A stretch of DNA of 63,140 nucleotides, filler included, from Bipalium vagum (taxonomy: Eukaryota), in NCBI GenBank assembly GCA_037834085.1. It is 3 parts of 3 records of this genome, joined end to end, with 100 filler letters (N's around TTAATTAATTAA, not from the genome) between each part and the next. Parts side by side here need not be neighbours in the genome. Positions count along the whole stretch, not along the records: positions 44,609 to 63,140 come from JBBMKC010026234.1; 2 more parts are not named here. One strand, given 5' to 3'. Positions 54,173 to 63,140 of this stretch are shown here, in pieces (within the stretch, counting starts at the first letter, position 1; the number at the start of each line of letters is the position of its first letter). The notes beneath the pieces are model-generated. The model was given only the letters and a program-made list of their open reading frames with translations, had not been told where the DNA came from and searched no databases. The position numbers and the translations under genes are program-made.

Positions 54173-57100
54173 TCAATGAGAATCTTTTATTTTTAAATCA
54201 GTTATTTTCTTCATTCTCTTCCAAAATTCAAGATAACGTATATTTTTGTTTACGGAGGAAAATTTATTATTTGTTTCTTTTTTCTTTTCATTTTTTAAAA
54301 AATCGGACCTTTTCCGACGTCCCCTGTCCGAGCCGTATCAGATCGGAACTGGTGGGAATGTTTTGCGTTTTATTTACCTTGCACCGACATTAGATTGGAA
54401 AACCAGTTTTTAATTGAAAAAATACCTCGAGATTTTCCCTCCAAAGCAGGTCTTCAAAATCAATTAAAAAGAAACAGTTCAAAATATTGTTATATTTCCA
54501 ACTGTCGGTCTCAGTTTACCAGCTTCTCACATAATGTTATTAACGTGTCCTTATTCAAATGAATCGAACCATCGTCCACTTACTACAAAAATCACAGAAG
54601 CACTCAAAGGTATATCGTGGGTATTTGTTGAAGTCAATATTTGCTCCAATAATCAAATGTACATTAAATAACGAGCACCAAATACTCAATTGATTACTTA
54701 ATAATCAAGCGAATATTTTGAAAAAAAACTTAAGCAGCTGAGACAACAAAAAATAGATTAGTCAAGAATGACGACTCACCAAGGGTCGACAATGAGTTCC
54801 TGGGTCATCTTCCAGGTCCCACAGGTTTGCCTATAGGTCAATGATTCCCAAATTATTCGAAATATAACATAGCGCCCCGAAATTTATCCAAACCAAATTC
54901 GTTGCAGCGCTTTCTTTGATGATTGTACAAGATAGGAGGACCCTATTTCCAATTGCCATTATTCCTCTTTTCCTTTACATATATTTAAGCAATCCCTAAT
55001 GTAGCCTTGGCGTAAACTGAGATCATATTTATTATTTTTAAATTATAATGTCATTCAGACCCTATTGCGGCCTAATCTGATTATTACCCAGGGTATTTAT
55101 TGTAAATTTGCGAATCCAACAATATTTTACTGAGAAGATAAACCAAAGATTTTTGTGAAAAACACTAATAAAATTGAACTAAAATAAACATAAAATAAAG
55201 AAAAAAGGTTCTTATTAAACTGATAAAAAAGCGTTTTATTAATTATAATGACAAAATTGGTTCAGTGGGAACTTCATATCTTAAAATGGCATGGTTAAAT
55301 TCATTGAGTTATTTGGAGAAAAAAACTTGTTAATATATTCAACTAAACGAGTCAGGCATTTGAAATTTTGACTCGTTTTCTTTACTCTCACTAATGGTCA
55401 GTGTTGGTGATGAAAGAAAGCTAATCAGTTCGACAATAAACTGAACCCTGATTTTGTTATTCGAAATCAAATAGATCAACCGTTGCTTATAACCACTTTC
55501 AGCACTTGTATATATTCGAAATGAACCAATGTCAATAAAATTGCATCGATAATACACTAATTTAAAATCAATTATTGAAATCAGTATCAATAAATATCAA
55601 ACGATAGAATCAAAGAAATTAATCAATAAGTACAACAGTTAAATGAAAATTAATTTGAGAACAGAACAATATGAAGCCTTACTCAAAAAAGTTATTTCAA
55701 CCAACTCTTAGATCATCAGTTAGACTCATCTAAAGACGACCGAATTCCAGGCGGTTTGAAACTTCAAATACAACGGCCAGAGACAACTTTGACAGATATT
55801 TAATAAAAGAAATCATCAGAGTCAAAATACTCTTTCGTCTTGGACTTCCACAAATTCATGAAATAATGGACAAAGGAACCTTTGAAAAATCAAGAAATTT
55901 CTTCAGAATTTCTGAAATGTATTCGTTAACAAAATGATATTTGTTCAGTCAATTCAATTTTTGTTACACTAGAAAATGGTTACGGTAAAAAACAATCAAA
56001 AACGATCAATAAGATGTAGAACGATCAGGCTCCATAGTGTTCACTTGTTAATATTAGGCTTTGTTGTTCCACTTCTTCTAAGATTTTGAGTAATTATTAC
56101 TTGTATGATCCTAAAAAGGGCCTTTATCGTTTATCGTACTTTGAGGTTTATTTGAGACTCAAGTTGTGTTTTACTATGAAAAGTTTGGTCTGTCAAATGC
56201 TCAGCTTTATCTTGTACAAAAACGGTGGAAAATATTTTTACGGTCAATTGACTTGTTTCTTTTTGTTCATTTAATTGTTTTCACCGAATATAAAAATGTT
56301 ACTCTGTACTTGAAAATGTTAAACTATTAAAATAATTACCAATTAAAGAATTTAAAGAGATAAATTTTCTGAAATCAAGATTAATGTTTCATATAAATGT
56401 CCCTGTTTTCTTAGGTCTTTTTTGAGCGGTACACTGGGTCCATATCCGAAACACCAATAAATACTAAAAAGAAAATAAATAATAACTAGGCAACATAAAA
56501 ATTGAAAGATATAAACCAAAGACGATTCACCCACCTTTGAATATTTTATTACTTAAATATTTTTTTTAATTTATTGTTATAAAAAAAATTGCTGAAAATG
56601 TAATTTTAACAGAGAATGGAGACATGAGAATGTTCATTTTCAAATAAGGAACAGCAATAAATAAAATCTGGAGCTTCTTATTTATACGGGCAGTTTACCA
56701 ATCCAGTCGTTTACCATTCAAATTTTTGCGAGTAAAAGAAATATTTTTCTTTTTAATATTGACACTTCCCGAAATATCGTGGCTGACATCTTGAGGGGAC
56801 ATGATTTATTACCAGTCCCTCATTGTGGACTTAAAGTATCTTTAGTAAAATTCCAATCAAAATCTTGTCAGATCAACGTTGGTCGACAAAATAAAATGTT
56901 TAAATAAACTGCAAAACTCAAAAGCATTACAACCGATCAGAAAACCTCTTTCTTACCTGTTTTTATAGTAAAATTTCACATTTGACCATCAAGTATCCAT
57001 TACTTGCACGGTGTCTCTGAGTTGACAACGAAAAAGATTATATAGCATTGGTTTCACAAGATCTTTTACATTAACCTTAATAAAATGAACACATTAAAAC

Positions 57101-57425
57101 CAAACTGATATGGTGTCGGTTGTGAAGAAATCACTGAAGACGTTATTCTTTAATTAAAGTTTGAAAGAGTAAAAATAAAAAAGTCCCTTTGAAAAATCTC
57201 ATTTTTAATAATTGCGAAATAATAAACAAAGCTGCCAATTCGTGTCAGATTAACCCTGGTCGACAAAATTAAACTCCTGTGTATTTCTTATACTAATCAT
57301 CGACTGGACGATGGAAATGCTGATCTATAAAATGATCGATTTTATAACTGTATAAAATTTTTAATCCGACAAATAAAAATATCGAGACACAAAAATAGAT
57401 TCAAAAATCCAAATATATTAATCTC

Positions 57426-57959
57426 TTAAGCGATCAACTGGTATGGCATCGGTTTCAATACGACGACGTTGTTCTTCTTGGTCTTGACAACGTGAGCAGC
57501 TCTGGGCTGAGCAGGCTGTCTTTTGAGCTGAACGAAGTTGCCAGTCTCCTTGGCCAGTCTTTTGATCTCATCGTTCTTTTTGACTCGGTTCAGAAAGTCC
57601 TCTCTGCACTTGGACTTCTTAACGTGTTCGATTCTCACGTTGATCTTTTTTGGAATGATACGGTTTCTAACAAATTACGAGAAGATAAAAATGCCGATGA
57701 AAATCCAAAATACTTACCCTACGCGTTTGTTGACAATGACTCCCAAAGCGTGTTGGGTGACATTGTAGACCTTACCAGTTCGGCCGTGGTAGCATTTGTG
57801 GGGCATACCTTTTTGTACGGAACCATCACCCTTGATATCGACGTAATCGTTGCGCTTGTAGACGGTCATGTAGGTGCTGGTCGGCAAGGTTCCGTGCTTT
57901 CGGAAAGCCTTGCTGAACATGTACCTGGTGCCGCGACGAAGACCCTTAGTGTTTGTCAT
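57426..57959 (-). CDS. RPL21: 60S ribosomal protein L21 (eL21), 160 aa
   Basis: Coding exons 57959-57718 and 57666-57426, 51-nt GT-AG intron. [16 protein letters not shown]...[32 protein letters not shown]|[25 protein letters not shown]...LKRQPAQPR. Likely 5'-UTR intron 58017-57962, ending 2 nt before the ATG. Confidence 0.98.
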
Positions 57960-60571
57960 TGCTGCAAAAATAAGTGTCAATCTTGCTCAAGTTCAAATCA
58001 CGCGACCACCCACTTACCGAGTTTGAATTTTTACTCTCACGTTTTTTTGGATTATTTAAACAAAATTATTCTTTCGTTTTTAAATTTAATTTTAACATTT
58101 CTTTTTGAACAGATCTTTTCTCAATCGGACATTTTTCTTAATTTTCTTTTGACACTCGAAACATTTTCAAAAAGATTTTTTATTTTAAATTCGTCGGTTC
58201 CCGTTTTGTTTTCATTTTGACAGAATAAAGTAATTAAATTTAATTAATGTGGTCATTATTATTTTAGATAAATTCAAAATACAATTAAATAACGGCTTAA
58301 TCCCGCTTTGTTAAAATAATCTAATTTCAAGGTCATTCATAACTTAATTTTATAATCAAGTTGAAAATGTTTAGTATAACTTTTAGAACATTTTCCCGTT
58401 GCGATTTTCATTTTGTTGATCATTTCAATTATTAAATGAACTTTTTTTTATTAATTTTCTATTTTTCACCATCTTTTTAGAATTGTAGAATTAGGGCAAT
58501 CTTGTGTTAGAATCTTTGTAACAGGGAACCCAGCAATAAAAATTTGACCCCATCAACATCATTCCTCAATCGAAAAAAAAAATTGGATTTCTGAATGTTT
58601 TCATGTAATTGTGGACAGTCAATTAAATTGGACGAATGGAGTTGGAAAAATCAAAGTAGCGTTTCTCACCTTCACAGCTCTGGAGTAAAAGCGCTGAAGA
58701 CAACACTTTACCTTACTTCCTGATTTATCAGAACATGGTTGGCACAATACCGGTTGAATATCTAGATGATATGTAGCCAGCATAAGAACTAACTAAACTT
58801 TTTGTAATGATTATATATTTCATTTTTACTTCACCGAACTTCACTTTATCATTTTCCAGTCATTTTTTGGGAGGCGACCGAAGAACGTTTAACCAGCTAA
58901 ATTTTATTCAAAGTTAATCAACTACTCAAAACCTCAACCATGATAAAGCGATGAAATATTTTGTTTACATTTCAAAAAGAATTGAGCAGGGTTCGCTCCT
59001 TATTTTGATTTCAGAAATTTCATTGAATCAATGTCAGAAGGGATCGGAATATATATTTTGTACAAAGTTCAAGAATGGAAATTGTTGAGATTTTTTCAAT
59101 CTAGGTTTCTCTTTATGGACCTTTGAATGATAGTTATCGATAAAAAGAGTGTAGACAAATCTTCTTTTTGGCCAATCTCAATCTCTAAATAAGGCGAGGA
59201 GGCCTTCAGGGATGGCCGCAGAAGAAAAGGACATTTCTGAAAGACAGAAAAATTAAAATTTTTTAGTCACTTTGATGCAGCCGTTTCATGCAATGTGTCC
59301 AATGAATTTTGTGAGTCCATAGGTACCATTCAGTTCCTAACAGATTACCAGGGAGTTCAATTAATCGCTCCTCAAAAGATTATTGTTTAGTGGTTTCTTT
59401 TGTGTTATTGTTTCTCATTTTCCTTTTTTTCGTCATTTTCAATTTAATATTTTAATATCGTAATTTTTGAACTGAACATTTTAATAATTAATAACGTGAT
59501 ACAGTGCACTTTGACATTTATATTATGATTATCGATTATTTTCTTTAATTAATATTAGTTCATATAATAAATTGTTATATTATGACATTGACGTTGATGG
59601 AAAAACATTGATTGTGATCCTGTATCCTATTCAGACATTGTTTTATTCTGATTTAAAGACATTGCTTATTTGTTTAATACATTTGTGTTATTTTTGTAAA
59701 AATAAAGGTTATTGTGACCAAATTAATTGATATAGTAAAGCTTGTTTCCGTTATTTTCATTCACGAACACGGTAATAGCTAAGTGAGGAGTAATAAGTAT
59801 GCAGACATAAAGTCACAAAATGAATGTAAAGGAAACTATAGTACCATTCTTAGACTATAATAACATATAATATTAATGTTTATCTACAATAAAGAGTTTC
59901 ACTAATATAAATATCTGATGACAATAATTTTGATTCTATTAACATTGATAATAAAATAATTTTAAAGATAATGATATTTTATTGTTATTACATTGGTTAC
60001 TGATTGACTGACATCTAACAATAATATTTATCATAATAATGACTAAATAGGTAATAAAACATTATTATTAAGTTTTTATCGGGAAGAGATGATAAATAAA
60101 AATAAATAAATAATATTTTGTAGATTATAACAGTAATGGTACTTAATATTAATATTGGTAATATGGTGCACGTATAAGATATAATATGACATTTCGACAT
60201 ACCGCGAAATCTCGTAATAAATTTATTAGCCAATCAAGATCATCAGTCTTGAAAGGGAGTTCACCATCCGGACCACATTAGTTAAATTAGAATCATGAGC
60301 TCTAGTCTTTTATAGAATTTCGGGGTTATAAGACTACATATCCATTACAGTTACGAGACCATTATGATCTTTTCTAAGGCTTCTTTCTCACTTCGTCCTT
60401 TTCAAAGTCTCTTCCTTATTATTTTTAAGAATCATGTCCATAACAGAATAAATATCTCTCGAAAAATATAATTATTCATGACAGGAAAAATAAATAAACA
60501 AAAGTGTCAGACAACAAATCAATGTTTTGACAATAACAACAAGAGTAAAGGTTCGGTCCATGTGAGAAAAT

Positions 60572-61469
60572 TTATTTAAATTCACATTTTAAATTACTAT
60601 TAAAGCTGGTTATGTTCTCACAGAGGTTTCTAAATTCGAAATTTCGGGGATTCGAGCTCCCTTTTGCGATACAAAAGCCGTACAGTCGAGTCAAGCTATC
60701 AATTTCTTCGGGAACATTATCGGAACTGCAAGAAAGGATAAAGTGCGAGTTGGTCTTCTCAACAGTTGATAGTAGATCGTTCAAATCGAATCTATCTTCT
60801 GCCCTCACGACATAAACTTGATTCATTGTACCATTGTAACTTTTATAATCTTTAACGGGATGCAGACATTCACGATGACTTGTACAAACCCCATCTGTTA
60901 AGAACTCGACAAAATCTTTTAGCATTTTGAAGGTTTCCATGTTAGTTTTCTGGAATTTAGGCAGTGGCACATAGAAAAGCTTGGTTTTACCATGATTGCC
61001 CATTGCCAGGGCCACACTTTTATCATTAGTCAACAAGATAGGAACTGTCTTTTGACGATTTAATATAAGTATTGTACGAAAATAATTATCAGTAAAAGAT
61101 TTGAAAAAAGCATTTCTCAGCAACCTGTAACGCGGATTGATCAGATCCATATTGAACTAAATTTAATATTAAAAAGGGTACCATAATAAATGCTCTAACC
61201 ATATCGTTGATCTTTCTGTTCACAAATACCACTACAGCCGGACACTTGGCATTGAACTCGCACATTTCTTGATATTTAAACAAATAGCAGACCGTCTTGT
61301 CGTCCACTTGAAAAGCTTTGCAATCGGTCAAGTCGCACTTTGAAGCGCATTCGATTACAGACAGTCCTTTGACATTGACAAAAGGCTTCACAGAGCATAA
61401 TCTTCTAACTTTGTAAAACCCATCAGCATTGATACTCACTATTAGAGTGAAGAAAACTGCAGTAATCAT
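60572..61469 (-). CDS. Secreted PAN/apple-domain protein with C-terminal alpha/beta domain, 284 aa
   Basis: Exons 61469-61200 and 61156-60572; a 43-nt phase-0 GT-AG intron joins the two listed ORFs in frame. Signal peptide MITAVFFTLIVSINA. PAN motif SVIECASKC...DCKAFQV....CYLF. Confidence 0.85.
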
Positions 61470-61512
61470 AAGTAAATATTTGGAGAGAGTAACGAGAAGT
61501 ATTCACTGTTGA

Positions 61513-61552
61513 TATTTATAACTGGAAAAGTTTCGTGTTCCACTCTGATTGG
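61513..61552 (-). promoter_or_regulatory. Candidate core promoter of the PAN-domain gene
   Basis: Minus-strand TATAAATA (61520-61513), ~45 bp upstream of the ATG, with CCAAT (61552-61548) further upstream. Confidence 0.45.
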
Positions 61553-63140
61553 TCGGAGTGTTGGTTTCTAATAATCTTCCTCATGAGTGTCTGTAAAATA
61601 ATTACTGTTGACCACATATATTTTTAGTGTAAATTGAATCAAACATCGTTGTAAGGTCCTTTAAAACAGAACCAAAAAACAGGATCATTTGTATTGTTAG
61701 GTATTGTGTTAAAGTAAAAAATCTGTTTGGTAACTTAACCTTTACATAGAATTATCAAAAATATACAATGTCTCTAAGGCTATTACAAGATCAGAGAAGG
61801 TTGAACGACCACCTTAAATTGATGTTCTGTAATTCTTTGTGGTAACCAACTCAGAGCAGTGATTGATAAAATAAGGGCTATGTTTGGGGAGATGTAATCG
61901 ATTAATGTTTATGTAATTTCGTAGCAGATTTTTCTGTCCTTGACTTTCCTTCGTACTCTCTCATCCCACTTGCATAGGATGTCGTTGAATGATGAGAGGA
62001 AACAGTTTTTTATTTTGCCCCAAGGTTTTGTATCTTGGAGGGTTTAAAGAACAATTGTTTCTTCCTTGGTAATTAAAACATGGAAAGCCCTCCATTGTTC
62101 TCATTTTTCCTCTCAATGGGTTTCCTGTGTAAAGTTAATCTTGAAATTTTACAGTTATCACAAAAATATTATTAATATTATTTTATTATTATCACAATTG
62201 TCATTGTTCGTTACCACTGCAGGCAACTAACAATTAATGAAGAGTAAAACATTGCTAATACAATAATTGATTAAGTAAGAGAAAATGTTAACCAATATTT
62301 TATTTTATTTATAAAGTTTACATGGACCTCTTCTGACGAAACTCGATTCGAGAGAGAGAGGTAATATGTTCAGGACGAAGCCTTTTTCAGTAGAAACCCC
62401 CTTACAGACAGATACAGAACTCACACTGGCCGAATGATTTTCACGAGGTTGAGATATCGACCAACCTATCTGCAAGCATGCAAGCCTCTTCTTCCAATTG
62501 TCATTTCAGTTTATTCGTATTCCGTGGTGACCTTCAGTAATCAATGACGTTTACTATTATATCTTCCTAACAACCAAGTCCTTCTCCAAAAATTATTTAA
62601 TAATAAATAAAATTCCTCTAAGCTGTGTCGACAAAATATCCTTAGACTTGTCAGAAATAGCATTTGGGAGTCCATGAAATTTGTTACGTAAAACCATTAA
62701 AGGTAGGTATTATTGAAACGGAACTCTTTCTTTAAATTTGAATCAGCCTTGGTCGTTTTAGTCTTCGCAAAAAGGCAGAATAGGAAATTCATTTTCAGCA
62801 ACACGAAGCGTTTGGAAATAGAACTCTATCTAAGACTGAAAAAGACGTGAGTCTCAAAAATGTGCTTCTCCAGAAAAGCCACCTAAAGTGCTTTGTAAAA
62901 AGATTTATCATCACAAATGTCACGTCTTTAAAGTGTTTTCTGTTTGAAAAAGATTGATATTAATTCAGAGGTCAACGTCCCGGATTTCTACTGTGCAGTT
63001 CTGAAACTATTACAAAGTTTAAACGGAAGCCAAAGTAGGAAGTGCTTCATCGTGTTGTATGTGATAAAATGACCGTGTAATAAAATTCCATGGCTTGTTT
63101 TAATATTACTTCACATAGTTACAGTAAACGATAGAATAAT

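Noticed and set aside
54600-56000. Probable further Tc1/mariner debris after the PTP gene, including the 83-aa ORF at 55339-55590
   Set aside because: Too degenerate to delimit; no gene structure supported.
57492-58220. 242-aa plus-strand ORF, the longest in the track
   Set aside because: Antisense shadow of RPL21 with no recognisable motifs.
58480-59400. GRxP-like and other Tc1-like remnants upstream of RPL21
   Set aside because: Isolated short motifs only.
1-63140. Alternative genetic code (TAA read-through), CRISPR arrays or prokaryotic systems
   Set aside because: RPL21 and the PAN gene end in TAA and the PTP in TGA under the standard code. No repeat-spacer arrays or operons are visible.

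Overview
This is eukaryotic DNA, animal judging by RPL21 and a receptor tyrosine phosphatase. It is very AT-rich and has three contigs joined by two artificial 100-bp spacers (N44-TTAATTAATTAA-N44 at 25692-25791 and 44509-44608). The first ~45 kb has no host gene I can support. It is a graveyard of decayed, often internally deleted transposons: about 16 mariner relics, a TIR-complete maT/DD37D element, an ITmD37E-like relic, a Merlin relic that appears to carry a 41-nt intron, LINE RT fragments, a possible solo LTR and a tRNA-Ala pseudogene. The last ~18 kb holds three genes, all reconstructed by hand from GT-AG junctions and mostly with tiny (43-63 nt) introns. (1) A 5'-incomplete single-domain R3-like receptor PTP (+, 45771-54172). 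(2) A complete RPL21 (-). (3) A secreted 284-aa protein (-) with a PAN/apple module and a domain that resembles by eye the non-catalytic N-terminal region of TCAF/FAM115. I found no clear multi-gene novel system. The best leads are the PAN + TCAF-like architecture, candidate microexons and a furin site in the PTP, and the spliced Merlin. All family assignments come from motif recognition, not database searches, and TE relic boundaries are approximate.
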